A stretch of 64,000 nucleotides of DNA, taken from the human T2T-CHM13v2.0 reference genome, Homo sapiens. Shown piece by piece: positions 43,585-58,361 of the stretch. The notes under the pieces were generated by a model. It saw only the letters and a program-made list of their open reading frames with translations, made no database searches and was not told the DNA's origin. Where the stretch lies: the NCBI RefSeq assembly GCF_009914755.1, contig NC_060935.1, one strand, 5' to 3'. The first letter of the stretch is position 1; the number at the start of each line of letters is the position of its first letter. The translations under genes were made by a program, and so were the position numbers.

Positions 43585-43886
43585 TTTCTTTTTTTTTTTG
43601 AGATGGAGTCTCACTCTGTTGCCCTGGCTGGAGTGCAGTGGCATAATCTCGGCTCACTGCAACCTCTGTCTTCCAGGCTCAAGCTATCCTTCCTTCCACC
43701 TCAGCCTCTCGAGTAGCTGGGACGACAGATGCACATCACTGCGCCTGGCTAATTTTTTATATTTTTGGTAGAGACGGGGTTTCACTGTGTTGCCCAGGCT
43801 GGTCTTGAACTTCTGGCCTCGAATGATTCCCCCGTGTTGGCCAACCAAAGTGCTGGGTCTACAGGCATGAGCCGCCGTACCCAGCC
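43585..43886 (-). mobile_element. AluJ/S
   Basis: Alu consensus match. Confidence 0.88.
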
Positions 43887-44489
43887 TCACCTTTTCTTTA
43901 TTGTGCGTTATTATCTGTACAATTTAATTTGGATGTGAATGTCTCTGAGTTGTATATGAACATCAGAGTTGTTTCCCTGGCTTGATTGTAAGCTACTTGA
44001 AAATATGCTTTACTTTTTTTTTTTTTTTTTTTAATGTGCCCTACTGTGCTGGGCATATAAAATAGTAATAATATCTGAGAAAGTACTTTCACATATGTAA
44101 TTTCATGCTGTCTAAATAAGTGTTGATTGCCATGTCTTAAAATACTGCTTTTACAGTACTGGCATAGAGCTTTGATTCTGATCTGAAGTAATACTGAGGC
44201 TCATTTATTGAACTGCCTTTTAACTTTATAAGATTTTTTAAGAAAATCATTATAAGATCATTTAAGATTATTTAAGTTACTGAGGGTGAAAGGTATTTAG
44301 ATAATCTGATTTATATATCTGGACTGTGATATGTCATTTGTGATTTTATTGAAAGTATAGTTTTTCAGTAGAAAAATGGTTTTTGAATTTGGGGGTTATT
44401 AAAATCTAAATTTTCATTTTGGAAGTTCACTGGTCTATGAACAAAACTTTTTAAAACGATGACTGTATTTTTTCCCTTAACTCTGTTAG

Positions 44490-44616
44490 GGATTTGGATC
44501 CTGCTCCTAATCCACCTCATTTTCCATCGCATGTGATTAAAGCAACATTTGCCTATATCAGCAATTGTCATAAAACCAAGTTAAAAAGCATTTTAGAAAT
44601 TCTTTCCAAAAGCCCT
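44490..44616 (+). CDS. ATM: ATM exon 28 (proline-rich [10 protein letters not shown] motif)
   Basis: tag|GGATT...CCT|gtaagt; 127 nt; [15 protein letters not shown]...SKSP. Confidence 0.97.
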
Positions 44617-45114
44617 GTAAGTATACATGATGAGTTTAATAATAGAACATTCCTTCTTTTTTAGCTAAAAAAACTTTGTAAATACATCTTAAAGAGGAAA
44701 AGTAAACAAATGAAAAATTTATCTCATAATTAAAAAGGAAAACATTCATTTACAAGTTTAAATGGTATTTTACTTGTCAGCATTAATTGAAATATGTTAC
44801 ATATGAGAACAGAATCTTGTGACACTTTAGTGATATATTAGCTCAGGGAATATATCTACTTTTTCATAGGAATATACTATTTAATTGTAGTTTACTTTCT
44901 GAAAATTAAATAAATTGGCAATAGTTTAAGATAGTAATTTTCTTAATGTAACATTTTGTACTTGATATCAAACCCAAATCTAAATTCTGTTATTTAGTTA
45001 TTTTAAATATAAAATGTGTAGGTATTCAAATATTTGAAGAAAAAATATAAAGTGTATTTATTGTAGCCGAGTATCTAATTAAACAAGTTTTTACTAAATC
45101 TGTTTATTTTCTAG

Positions 45115-45314
45115 GATTCCTATCAGAAAATTCTTCTTGCCATATGTGAGCAAGCAGCTGAAACAAATAATGTTTATAAGAAGCACAGAATTCTTAAAAT
45201 ATATCACCTGTTTGTTAGTTTATTACTGAAAGATATAAAAAGTGGCTTAGGAGGAGCTTGGGCCTTTGTTCTTCGAGACGTTATTTATACTTTGATTCAC
45301 TATATCAACCAAAG
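45115..45314 (+). CDS. ATM: ATM exon 29
   Basis: tag|GATTC...AAG|gtaaat; 200 nt; [11 protein letters not shown]...YINQ. Confidence 0.97.
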
Positions 45315-45369
45315 GTAAATAACATATTTAGACCAATATATAAGCAGTCTTTCTATCCTGTTCTTCCTG

Positions 45370-45671
45370 TTTTTTTGCTTTGTTTTGTTTTGTTTTGAGA
45401 CAAAGACTCACTCTGTCCGCCCAGGCTGGGTGCAGTCACGGCTCACTGCATCCTCAACCTCCTGGGTTCAGATTATCCTTCCTCCTCACCCTGCCGGGTA
45501 GCTGGGGCTACAGGAGCATACCACCATGCCTGACTAATTTTTTGTGTTTTTTGTAGAGGTGGGGTTTCACCATATTGCCCAGGGTGGTCTCAAACTCCTG
45601 GGCTCAAGCGAACTGTCAGCCTCAGCCTCCCAGTGTGCTGGGATTACAGGCATGAGCTACTATGCCCAACC
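45370..45671 (-). mobile_element. AluJ
   Basis: Diverged Alu match. Confidence 0.85.
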
Positions 45672-45798
45672 TATCCTGTTCTTTTAATTGAAAGTTTATA
45701 TGCTTCTAAGAGGTAGATACCAGAATGTTGCTTTCTGAATTTTGCTTTTTAAGATGTCTATTATATTTACTTATTAGTTTTTAAAAATTGCGCTACTT

Positions 45799-46352
45799 GC
45801 CTGGGAAACATAGCAGACCTCGTTTCTACTAAAAATTTTTTAAAAAAGAAAATTAGGGCAAGGTGTGGTAGCTCACACCTATAATCCCAGCACTTTGGGA
45901 GGTTGAGGTAGGTAGATTGCTTGAGCCCAGGAGTTAGAGACCAGCCTGGGCAACATGATGTGAAAACCCATCTCTACAAAAATTTTTAAAAAAATAAGCC
46001 AGGGATTGTGGCATGCACCTGTAGTCTCACCTACTCCGGAGGCTGAGGTGGGAGGATGGCTTGCGCTCAGGAGGCAGAGGTTACAGGTTACAGTGAGCAA
46101 AGATTGTGCCACTACACTCCAGCCTGGGAGACAGAGCGAGACTCTTGTCTCAAAAAAAAAAAAAAAAAAAAGAAAAAAGAAAATTATCCAAGTATGATGA
46201 TATGCGCCTGTAGTTCTAGCTACTTAGGAGGCTGAGGTAGGAGGATGGCTTGAGCTCAAGAGTTTGAGGCTGCCAGTGAGCCTTGATTGCACCACTGCAT
46301 TCATGCCTGGGCAACAGAGTGAGACTTTCACTCAATTAAAAAAAAAAAAAAA
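45799..46352 (+). mobile_element. AluJ nested in the linker of another AluJ
   Basis: Left-arm stub, full Alu (45857-46180), then a right arm. Confidence 0.8.
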
Positions 46353-46464
46353 AGCACTACTTCTCCAATTCTAGAAATCTTAAGAAGGATCTTCAACATT
46401 TTAATACTAATATTCTAGCTATTGATGGCCTCAAATAAATGTTACTATAGAATTGGGGTTGTTC

Positions 46465-46778
46465 GGCCGGGTGTAGTGGCTCACGCCTGTAATCCCAGCA
46501 CTTTGGGAGGCTGAGGCGGGTGGATCACAAGGTCAGGAGATCGAGACCATCCTGGCTAACACAGTGAAACCCCGTGTCTACTAAAAATACAAAAAAATTA
46601 GCCAGGTGTGGTGGCAGGTGCCTGTAGTCCCAGCTACTCAGGAGGCTGAGGCAGGAAAATGGCCAGAACCAGGTAGGCAGATCTTGCAGTGAGTCTAATT
46701 CGCACCACTGCACTCCAGCCTGGGCGACAGAGCAAGACTCCGTCTCAAGAAAAGAAAGAAAAAACAAAAACAAAACAA
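46465..46778 (+). mobile_element. AluSc/Y-like
   Basis: TSD AGAATTGGGGTTGTTC. Confidence 0.92.
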
Positions 46779-46849
46779 GAATTGGGGTTGTTCAATTTAG
46801 CATCTCTGATCTTTTCCATTGATTTTAATGAGATTTCTATTTTTTAAGG

Positions 46850-47975
46850 TCTTTTTTATTGTGGTAAACTATATAACATAAAATTTTTTATTTTCGCCAT
46901 TAAATGGCCAGTTCAGTAGCATCAATTACATTTCCATTGTTGTGCAACCATCACCACTGTCTATGTCCAAACTTTCATTATCTCAAACTGAACCTCTCTA
47001 CTCATTCCACAATAACTCCACATTCCTCCTCCCCACTGGCCATTGAGAAACTAATCTATTTTCTGTCTCAATGAATTTGCCTATTGTAGATATTTTAATC
47101 TAGAGTTGTACAATATATGTCCTTTTGTGTCTTGCCTTGTGTGGTCACTGAAAACTTTGTACCTTAGCTTGTGTTTAGATAGTGTTTGATAGAGATTTCC
47201 TTGGATACCAAGAGTGTTGGGATGAGGAAGCATGAGAGGAGAAAACTTTTCCTAGTGTTTGCAGATTGGCTTTATGCTAGGATTCTTCTTCAACACTTAG
47301 CCATGCTTGCATTGCTTGGGATCAGCCCCAAATACAAGCTTAGGGTCTTCTCTGGTCTTTTCTGAGCAAGAGTCTTATCTTGAGCATGTGTGTGGCTTTC
47401 TGAATTCCCCCTAATTTGTGGGTGCTTTTGAATATACTAATTTCCCAAAGAAATACGCTCCCCAGCTACTCCTAGGCTTTAGGCAGCCTCTTGTATGTCT
47501 CAACAGTAATCTTTTGCCCTATGCACCTGCAGGTTGTTGGTCTGCCTTACAAAGTTTCAAGCAACACCCATATCTTTTGTAGCTGGTATGAAGTTAAACA
47601 AAACAGAGCTACGCACTTTACATCAGTCCTTGGTTCCAGACAGGTTAGAATAGACATATACAATAGTTTGCAACTAATCTACTTAGCTCCATGAACTACC
47701 ATGAGCCAGTGTCTCACACCGAGGATATAGGCCACTGCTTTTGTGATTGTTGCCACGCTGGGGTAGGGGTGGGCAAGGACAAGTAAAGTTACCACAAAGC
47801 TTTCCTGCTGTTTTTCAGTTGGATTTTTCTTGATTCAATATTTTCCTGATTACTGTAAACCTTTGACTATTTTACAGAATTCTAACAAAATTAGTTCTGA
47901 CAATTTTGCCTGTTTTTCAATGTTTCTATTAAAGGATGGAAGCTTAGAGCTGCCTATTCTGCATTTTGCTGATGT
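46850..47975 (-). mobile_element. Old L1M fragments (3' end piece joined to a 5'-end-like piece)
   Basis: TTGTGCAACCATCACCAC 3'UTR motif; downstream part ends GCCTATTCTGCATTTTGCTGATGT, like L1MC/MD 5' ends. Confidence 0.5.
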
Positions 47976-48129
47976 GACTTCTCTTTTTGGCTTATAAGCC
48001 ATTAAAATATTTATGTCAAGGCATATAAGAATTAGAGATGCTGAACAAAAGGACTTCTGAATGAATTTATTTCAGAGTAATTTTCCAGAACTTACTGGTT
48101 GTTGTTGTTTTTTTTTCTCCCTATATTAG

Positions 48130-48304
48130 GCCTTCTTGTATCATGGATGTGTCATTACGTAGCTTCTCCCTTTGTTGTGACTTATTAAGTCAGGTTTGCC
48201 AGACAGCCGTGACTTACTGTAAGGATGCTCTAGAAAACCATCTTCATGTTATTGTTGGTACACTTATACCCCTTGTGTATGAGCAGGTGGAGGTTCAGAA
48301 ACAG
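48130..48304 (+). CDS. ATM: ATM exon 30
   Basis: tag|GCCTT...CAG|gtaatt; 175 nt; [11 protein letters not shown]...VQKQ. Confidence 0.97.
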
Positions 48305-48823
48305 GTAATTTTCTGACTCATCTTCAAAATGGTATTTAAAATATATAAAGTATTGTTAGAAGGATTTGAGTGTTTTATGTTTATTTGGTATAATTGGTGA
48401 TTTTATTGAGAATATTTTTTGTAAAATGATTGGAAAAATATTCTTAATGAATTAACCTTTGTAATCAATTACAGAGCACTTGGTACTTTTGATAGTTTTA
48501 TCTACTGTGCTGAAGTGGAGAGGTAGTCAAAACTAGGGATAGCAGTTCGCAACGTTATGGTGGTATTTGAGTTACTACTTATATAAACTGTTTCATTAAT
48601 ATTGGCATTTTTTTTAACCTCAGTACCCATCTTGTAGTAGTACCTTACATAGTTATTGAATTATTTGAAAACACAGAAACTAAAAGCTGGGTATCTTAGA
48701 CGTAATTAGAACATTTAATCTGATCTAGGTTAATAGATTTTATCATTTATTACAGTAAGTTTTGTTGGCTTACTTTAAAATTATTTCTCTCCTTATAATT
48801 TTTTCTTTTTAAATTATATTTAG

Positions 48824-48988
48824 GTATTGGACTTGTTGAAATACTTAGTGATAGATAACAAGGATAATGAAAACCTCTATATCACGATTAAGCTTTTAGA
48901 TCCTTTTCCTGACCATGTTGTTTTTAAGGATTTGCGTATTACTCAGCAAAAAATCAAATACAGTAGAGGACCCTTTTCACTCTTGGAG
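48824..48988 (+). CDS. ATM: ATM exon 31
   Basis: tag|GTATT...GAG|gtaata; 165 nt; [11 protein letters not shown]...SLLE. Confidence 0.97.
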
Positions 48989-49023
48989 GTAATAAAAATT
49001 TCATCATCTACTATTTTTTATTA

Positions 49024-49402
<379 letters not shown>

Positions 49403-49440
<38 letters not shown>

Positions 49441-49465
49441 ATATAAACACATACTTGTGTGTGTG
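49403..49465. repeat. (TA)n(TG)n compound microsatellite
   Basis: ATATAT...GTGTGT run. Confidence 0.9.
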
Positions 49466-49968
49466 TAACGTGAGATCTACCTACTTAAGAAATAAAAAAA
49501 TGAATCTTAATGTATCTCTTTGCATTGAAGCCAAAGTATAAATAACAAAACTTCCTGGTAAAGATCCAAATTGTAAGTTTTCAAGGAATGTGATGTAAAA
49601 TAGTTTTGATTTTAACACATAAGATCCTAAGGTCCACTGATAGCTCAAAACTACCAATGGATCTTTTCAATGTCAATTTAATGTTTGTGTTAGAGATAAC
49701 GTTTAACTTTTGAAAGCATATTTTAAGTTTTAATCTTTATAAACCTCGAAATTATGTTTAGGTATATTCTTCCATACATATCTTAATTATAATTTTTAAA
49801 TGATAGTCTGTATTTGACTCTATGTAAATATAAAAACGTATTTAAGTATGTTAAGATGTGAAGTTATACTACTAAAGAGAAATTTAAGCATTTCCTTCCA
49901 GTTGAGTATGCTATAACAATCTTGAAGTCTGTGTTACCATGAGAGAGTCTATTAGAATTTAAAGGATT

Positions 49969-50217
49969 AGGCTGGGTGCAGTGGCTCACGCCTGTAATCC
50001 CAGCGCTTTGGAAGGCTAAGGCGGGCAGATCATCTGAGGTCAGGAGTTCGAGACCAGCCTGGCCAACATGGCAAAACCCCATCTCTACTAAAAATACAAA
50101 ATTAGCTGGGCGTGGTGGCACATTCCTGTAAATGCCACCTTTTCAGGAGGCTGAGACATTAGAATCACTTGAACCGGGGAGGCGGAGGTAAGAGTGAGCC
50201 TTGATAGCGCCACTGCA
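49969..50217 (+). mobile_element. AluS
   Basis: Alu consensus match. Confidence 0.9.
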
Positions 50218-50438
50218 CTCTAGCCTTGGTGACAGAGCGAGACTCTGTCTAAAAAAGAGTATTAAAACATTGTAGGGTTTGCAGTGGAAGAAATCATTTA
50301 TTTCTTCCTTGATTAGTAGTAATAGAGACATGAGTCAGTGTCTATAAATGGCACTTAACTAATTTTTTTCTTTTATTAAGTTTTATTTCACAGGCTTAAC
50401 CAATACGTGTTAAAAGCAAGTTACATTTTCTCTTTTAG

Positions 50439-50571
50439 GAAATTAACCATTTTCTCTCAGTAAGTGTTTATGATGCACTTCCATTGACAAGACTTGAAGG
50501 ACTAAAGGATCTTCGAAGACAACTGGAACTACATAAAGATCAGATGGTGGACATTATGAGAGCTTCTCAGG
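50439..50571 (+). CDS. ATM: ATM exon 32
   Basis: tag|GAAAT...AGG|gtgcta; 133 nt; [11 protein letters not shown]...RASQ. Confidence 0.96.
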
Positions 50572-50821
50572 GTGCTAATTTTAAATGACATGGGCTATTT
50601 CTACCTGTTTCTTTTTGAAAGAATATTTTGCAAAGTCTTGCTCTTGGTTTCATTGTCACAGACTTAGTTCAGACTCTCATCATTTAGTTCAGACCCTCAT
50701 TTCTCATCTAACTGTAAAACTGGTCCTAACTGGTCTTCTCACCCTGAACTCTTCCTGTTTTATTCATCCTCTGCCAGATGATTTCTCTAAACCCAAATAT
50801 GATCATGTTTTTCTACTGCCT

Positions 50822-51469
50822 AAATTTTTTTTTTAAGAGACAGAGTTTTTTTTTTTTTTTAAGAGTCTCACTCTGTCACCTAGGCTGGAGTGTAGTGGCA
50901 CCATCATAACTTACTATGACCTTGAATTCCTGGGTACAAGGAATTCTCCTGTCTCAGCCTTCTGAATAGCTGGAACAACAGGCACACACCACTACACCTA
51001 GCTACTTTATTTATTTTTTTTATTTTTTGTAGGGACAGGGGTCCCACTATGTTGCCTAGGTTGGTCTCGAATTCTTGGCCTCAAGTGATCCTCCTGCCTT
51101 AGCCTCACAAAGCATTGGGATTAGAGGTGTGAGCCACGGCATCTAGCCATGCTTAAACATTTTTCATTTCTTTTTCTTTTTTTTTAAGACGGAGTTTCGC
51201 TCTTGTTGCCCAGGCTGGAATGCAGTGGCACTATCTTAGCTCACTGCAACCTCCACCTCCTGAGCTCAGATTCTCGTGCCTCAGCCTTCCTAGTAGCTAG
51301 GATTACAGGCACCTGCCACCATGCCTGGCTAATTTTTTGTATTTTTTTTAGTAGAGACGGGGTTTCACCATGTTGGCCAGGGTGGTCTCAAACTCCTGAG
51401 CTCAGGCAATCCGCCCACCTCAGCCTCCCAAAGTGCTGGGATTACAGGCATGAGCCACCGCGGCTGGCC
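50822..51469 (-). mobile_element. Tandem AluJ + AluS
   Basis: Second Alu flanked by TSD CCATGCTTAAACATTTTT. Confidence 0.88.
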
Positions 51470-51756
51470 CATGCTTAAACATTTTTAACACCTTCCAACC
51501 ATGTAAAAGAAAATTTTAATTCCTTAGAGCCAGACATACAAGTTAGTCTTGTCTTCTAGTCCAGTTTACCTGAATGAAAGAAATATGTCTCATTTTAATA
51601 CTTTAGTCATATGTGTTATGTGTGTCTATATATATGTAAGTATGTATTTGTAAGTTTTTCTAGCTTGCTTGTTAATTTGATTTGAAATGTACATTATTAC
51701 AGTATTTGGGAAACTTTCTACTTTGTGTTTTGATTTTCATCTTCTATACCAATTAA

Positions 51757-52062
<306 letters not shown>

Positions 52063-52239
52063 TAATTTCATATTTCTCTTGTGTTGTTTTTACTCTCAGT
52101 ACTTTTTAAAATGAATTTTAGTTTTGACTATCTGAGCATAGAGTTTCTAATACATTTGAGATATATAAAATGTATGTAAATAGAAACACCATTATTTCTT
52201 GTACTTGTGTTCTTGAGTATTTTATGGGCTAGAGATCTG

Positions 52240-52432
52240 CCTTGTGCATTACAGCCACTAGCCATTTGGCTATTTAAATGAAGTAAAATTAAATGAAATT
52301 TGAAGTTCAGTTTTTTCATTGGTACTGAACACATATCAAGTTCTCAGTAGTACATTTGGTCAGTAGTGATCATTGGACAGTGTAGATTATAGACATTTCC
52401 ATCATTGCAGAAAGTTCTGTGGGACAGTGCTG
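52240..52432 (-). mobile_element. MER3-like hAT-Charlie MITE
   Basis: AGCCACTAGCCATTTGGCTATTTAAAT...CATTTCCATCATTGCAGAAAGTTCTGTGGGACAGTGCTG. Confidence 0.75.
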
Positions 52433-52797
52433 GTCTAAACTCTAAATGTTAGATGTTAAAAAGCCAAGCAGGCTCCCAAAGTCCCTTCTAGCTTTAGTGT
52501 TGAATGATTCTTGTGCTTCTGTTTGTGATTTTGCTAAGGTGTTGACTTATCTGCACAATTTGTTTAAGACATTTTATTTTCTCTGTTGTCACATATTGCT
52601 AATCACTTTCAAAAGAATCTGTTGTATTAAGGAAGTTCAGATTCATTCCCTACATATTTTTTGAGCTACTCATGACTTAAAACCTTTTTTAAACTTTATA
52701 GAAGTTTTCTAGTCAGATAATTTAATATATATGCAATTATAAACAAAAGTGTTGTCTTCATGCTAGTTTAAACTAATTTTTAAAAAATTATTTCTAG

Positions 52798-52893
52798 ATA
52801 ATCCGCAAGATGGGATTATGGTGAAACTAGTTGTCAATTTGTTGCAGTTATCCAAGATGGCAATAAACCACACTGGTGAAAAAGAAGTTCTAG
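52798..52893 (+). CDS. ATM: ATM exon 33
   Basis: tag|ATAAT...TAG|gtaaac; 96 nt; [12 protein letters not shown]...KEVL. Confidence 0.97.
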
Positions 52894-52901
52894 GTAAACT
52901 A

Positions 52902-53160
52902 CAGTCATGCGCTGCGTGACATTTCAGTCAACTGCGGATCACATATAGGACAGATTATAATACTGTATTTTTACTGTATGTTTTCTGTTGCCTGTAGTAT
53001 TCAGTATAGTAACATGCTATACAGGTTTGTAGCCTAGGTGTGTAGTAGGCTATACCATCTAGGTTTGTGTAAGTATATTCTGTGATGTTCACGCAATGAC
53101 AGAATTGCCCAATGACACATTTCTCAGAACATATCTGTGTCATTAAGCAAAGCATGATTG
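52902..53160 (-). mobile_element. Tigger3/MER7-like MITE
   Basis: TA|CAGTCATGC...GCATGATTG|TA terminal inverted repeats with TA duplication. Confidence 0.8.
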
Positions 53161-54099
53161 TATTGGCGGAATGAATGTGAGTTATGCGGTGGTCATCTTT
53201 ATTATATGAGTGGTTATCTTTATTATATCTTCAAAATAAGTGAGGGTTTGTCATTTGGGATATTGGGGAAATATGAGATGCTAGCTAAGTTACATGCCTA
53301 TTTAATTAAAATGTCCCTAAAAAGGCCCCTTTTGTACTTTTCTTCCTTAAATATTCATATAAAATGAAAAGTTAGAGATTTACATATGTGTATAACTTAA
53401 TTTGAAAATGCCTTGTAAATATTTAGGAAAGTCAGAAATACTTGTTTTTAGAGTTAAGTTGCAAATAAATTGACTGCCGATATATTTTATAAATACATTA
53501 TAACTGACAGGTACTCAGTGTCTTTTGTTATGTAGCAGACATAAGAATGAAGACTTGGAGGGCTAGATTAAACTTAAATAATTAAAAACCATTCAAGTCC
53601 TTTCCTACAGCCATTTGAGGGGAAACCTAATGTAAAATAAGAAGCCGACATCATCTCTAGTTTAGGTGTTTAGATTTAGTGACCACGGGATGGAGAAATC
53701 ACCTGGTTAAAGTCAGCTTGAAGCTCTCGTGATGGTTTTTGTTTCTAATTAGAAAAATAGGAATAAGTAGTGTTTCACAGATTCTACTATCTTTCTTCAA
53801 CAGCCTTAACTTCTCATTAGGAGCCTAATATCTACAGTACTTCCTTTTTTGTAGATTTTAAAAAATTGAGATATATCCTAATATAGAAAAGTATACAGAT
53901 CAAAAATATCTAGCTTGAAGAATGTTTGCAGAGTACGCTTGTACATGTAGCACCCAGACTAAAAAACAGAATCTTACCAGAACTGTAGAAGTTTTCTTTA
54001 ACCAACATACTTACCTCCTTGTCCATAGTGGCACTGCTTTTATGGACAGACCTGATTTACAACAGAAGCCCTAAGTGGCTTTCCTGTGTAGCATAAAAT

Positions 54100-54510
54100 T
54101 AATGTGGTTTGTTCTCACAGCTTTCCCCCTAAGATCAGGAATGAGACAAGGCTGTCCACTTTCACTACTGCTGTTCAACAGTGTACTGGAAGTTCTAGCC
54201 AGAGCAATTAAACAAGAAAAAGAAATTAAAAGCATGCCAATTAGAAAGGAAGTAAAACTATCTGTATTTACAGACGACATGATCTTATGTATGGAAAATC
54301 CCAGAGAATCCACAAGAAAGCTACTGTAGTGCTAATAAATGAATTTAGCAAAGTTGCAGGGTACAAGATCAACACATAATTAGTGGTGTTTGTATATACT
54401 AGTAGTGCACAATCCAGAAAGAATTAGAAAAGCAATTCCATTTACGATAGCATCTAAAAGAAATAAATAGCCAGGAATAAATTTAATCAAAGAGGTGAAA
54501 AACTTATATA
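54100..54510 (+). mobile_element. Old L1M ORF2 RT fragment
   Basis: [20 protein letters not shown]...FTDDMIL. Confidence 0.85.
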
Positions 54511-54748
54511 CATTCTGTTTGTTAGACGTGAGTCACTAAGTACAGACCACACTCAACGGGAGGGAAGTTAGGCTCTACCCTTTGAAAGAAGGGCTCTCAA
54601 AAAATTTGTGAACATATTTTAGTAAATACCATCATGATGGAAAGAGCACGAAGAGCCCTCTGGGTTGCTGAAAATGTCCTGTCTTCATCTGGTTAGGGAG
54701 AACACAGGCAGAAAAAAATGTGTATTTGTATGTATAAATTTTCATTGA

Positions 54749-55106
<358 letters not shown>

Positions 55107-55223
55107 TTAAGGTTAATTCTTGAAGTACAGAAAAACAGCATTATAGTTTTGAAATTAGAAAATTTCAGTTTTATGTATGATCTCTTACCTATGACTCTAC
55201 TGAAATAGAATTTCTATATGTAG

Positions 55224-55395
55224 AGGCTGTTGGAAGCTGCTTGGGAGAAGTGGGTCCTATAGATTTCTCTACCATAGCTATACAACATAGTAAAGATGCA
55301 TCTTATACCAAGGCCCTTAAGTTATTTGAAGATAAAGAACTTCAGTGGACCTTCATAATGCTGACCTACCTGAATAACACACTGGTAGAAGATTG
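55224..55395 (+). CDS. ATM: ATM exon 34
   Basis: tag|AGGCT...TTG|gtgagt; 172 nt; [11 protein letters not shown]...LVED. Confidence 0.97.
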
Positions 55396-56387
55396 GTGAG
55401 TATTTATTGATACCTTATATGTAATCTCAATATGACATTCATGGAGAATGATACTTCACACAAATAGATATTCTCAGTAACTAAAGCTTTGTCCTTTTTT
55501 AAATCTCAGTGTCTTTATGAAAATTCTTATATTTTTATTAATTCACATAATTATTTACCCTACTATGTGCCAGACACTTGATATAATGGTGAACATTCCA
55601 GACAAGGTCCCTGTTAAAATTTTAGTGGGACTAGACAAATAAACGATAAATAAGAAAAATGCCAGATGGTTCTACACAGAAAATTAAGATAGGGGAATAT
55701 AAAGGGAGATGTTTTAGGCTCTTGTCAGTATCAGAGGTGCCACTCTCCTCTAAGCGAGGCCTTATTTTGATCCTTTTAAAATAAGTCGTAAAGCAGAGAG
55801 GTTGTTTTATAATCCTAGAAGTCTTAAGCTAATCAGACAGGGTCTTCTATTACTTATTCTCTGTGCAAAGCAGAATTGCACCACATATCAAAATTTCAAC
55901 TGGTTGGTTGAGATTACTTTTGCGTGCATGCTCTTTCTCTCTCTTATTTATTTGTTGATTGATTGATTGGTATCTTTGAGTACTCCATCACCACCATATT
56001 TGATGGTAGCCTCAAAGGGTTTTCCTCACAACCAGGCACCTTTCTAAGATAAATACGTGTTTTGATTTTTTTCTGTACTTCCCTTCCTCCTTCTCTTGAG
56101 GAATAAATGATTGGCAATAATGTCTAACTGCCATGTTTCCGTTATTGATTTAATGTACCTGTATATTTCTTTCTTTTGTTGTTGTTTTTGTTTCATTAAA
56201 CAAATTTGTATGGTTTCTTTCCAAACATTTTATTATAAAAAGTTTCAAACATACAGCACAATGGAAATAATTTTATAGTAAACACCCATATGCTTATCAT
56301 ATAGTATCTATATTTTATGCTGTCCTTGCTTAATCACTTCTAGCCATCCGTCTATCCTTGTGTTAACATGTATTAATTCATCTCTCT

Positions 56388-56572
56388 CTTTTTTTTTTTT
56401 TTTTTTTTTGAGACAGGGTCTCGCTCTATCACCCAGGCTGGAGCGCAGTGGCATGATAATACATCATAGATCATAGCTGACTGTAACCCCAAATTCTTGG
56501 GCTCAAGCAGTCCTCCTGCCTCAGCCTCCTAATGTGCAAAGTTTATGTGCTTGAGCCACACCACACTCAGCC
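56388..56572 (-). mobile_element. FLAM/AluJ monomer
   Basis: Single-arm Alu match with T-tail. Confidence 0.75.
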
Positions 56573-57156
56573 AGTTCATCTCATTTTTTAAATGTATATC
56601 AAGGTATATCAAGCACAGTTTTTGAAGAGAGTGCCACAGAAAATTTGCGAGCATTAAATGTTTCATTCATTTCATAGTAATTCGAAATTGGTTTTTCTGA
56701 AACAGATGCACAGAAATATTAGTGTGACTTCAACTTAAGAATACTAGGAAGCAGGTACAAGTTTTTTGTATTTTTCTTTAACAGGGAAAAACTTTAGATC
56801 TTCAAGGGACTTTAGCATATGAAGATGTGGACAAAAGGATTCCCAGAATTTTTATTACTTATATGTATTAGAACATATTATTTTCAAGTATTTCTTGAGT
56901 CTTTTTAATTTATAGTAGTCACAATTAAACTGTATTGAATGAAGGGAATTGCAGTTGCAGTGATTAGTAATTCAAGTTTACTGAATGACTAGTGAAAGTC
57001 CTTTGATACTTTTATTTGATATTGGAGAATTTTGTAAATGTAAAGTTTCCTAATACAAATTTTAAATTTTAGTTTTGAAATTTTTTCAGTGGAGGTTAAC
57101 ATTCATCAAGATTAATAACTGGTGTACTTGATAGGCATTTGAATTGTTTTTTTCAG

Positions 57157-57298
57157 TGTCAAAGTTCGATCAGCAGCTGTTACCTGTTTGAAAAACATTT
57201 TAGCCACAAAGACTGGACATAGTTTCTGGGAGATTTATAAGATGACAACAGATCCAATGCTGGCCTATCTACAGCCTTTTAGAACATCAAGAAAAAAG
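57157..57298 (+). CDS. ATM: ATM exon 35
   Basis: cag|TGTCA...AAG|gtctct; 142 nt; [11 protein letters not shown]...SRKK. Confidence 0.96.
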
Positions 57299-58361
57299 GT
57301 CTCTTAAGTAATAAATGTTTATTGAATACCCAGCATATCTAAAACAGTTCTGTTTGCTGTGGGTCATGACTGTTAAATTGCTTGAAATAGTATTGTACTA
57401 ACTATTAACCTTTCCTATAAGTAATTTAAGCCATATTTCATAAATCCAGGGAATGTGTTATTTTTAATTTATTATGGCAGTGTGGAAAAGCTCAGATAGG
57501 TAACCTGAGGAAATAGTAGTTGATTTTTGGGGGAGGGGAAATTCTTAAAGACAGACCTTGTTTTTTTAGAAATAGAAAGCGCTACTTTGCTCCCATGAAA
57601 GCTGTTAGCTCTGGGTATGGTTTATAGTTATTGTGATCCACAAGTGTTTATTTCCATGTCAAGTTAACATATCACAATCCCCTGGTGAAATATAGGAAGA
57701 CCCATAGATTTCTCCCTTTTTCCATGTTGATATCGTAATAAGGTTCCACTGTAAGTATTCTGTGAAGCATGTTTAAGAATACTTGTTCCTTCCTTAGTCT
57801 AAGCATTCCTCTTTACTATCTTCTTTTCATAAAGTGACTGAGAAATACACAGTTTAGTTTTCACCAATTTAATTTCAGGGCAGAAACCCAACATTGAAGC
57901 AGTACTTTCAGTGCATCATAAATATAATTTTAGTGTTAGTAAAATTACTGGTAATATAAACTGTTAATGAAACTAATAATATAACCTGGAAGGCATTATA
58001 ATTCTAACATTTTAAAATCTCATTTCATTTTGAAATCAAGTCTCTGTGGTAGATGTGGTCTAGTTTTGTTCAAGAGACAGATGAGTCAGAGTTTGTGATT
58101 TGTGTAATATGCTACTAATGAGTGACAGAGCTGAGAGTAGAACCTAATTTTTCTGCTGCCTAAAGCAGCAGTTTTTGCCATACCACTCTGCCTCTTGTAT
58201 AAACATAAATGTTTTCATCTTAAAAGGTAAACATTGCCTCCAGATTTAGTTTTAACTGTATTTAGCTTTATTCAGAAAGATTTGTTATACTCATTTTGTG
58301 TAGGAAAGGTACAATGATTTCCACTTCTCTTATTTACATTTTCTAATCCCTTTCTTTCTAG

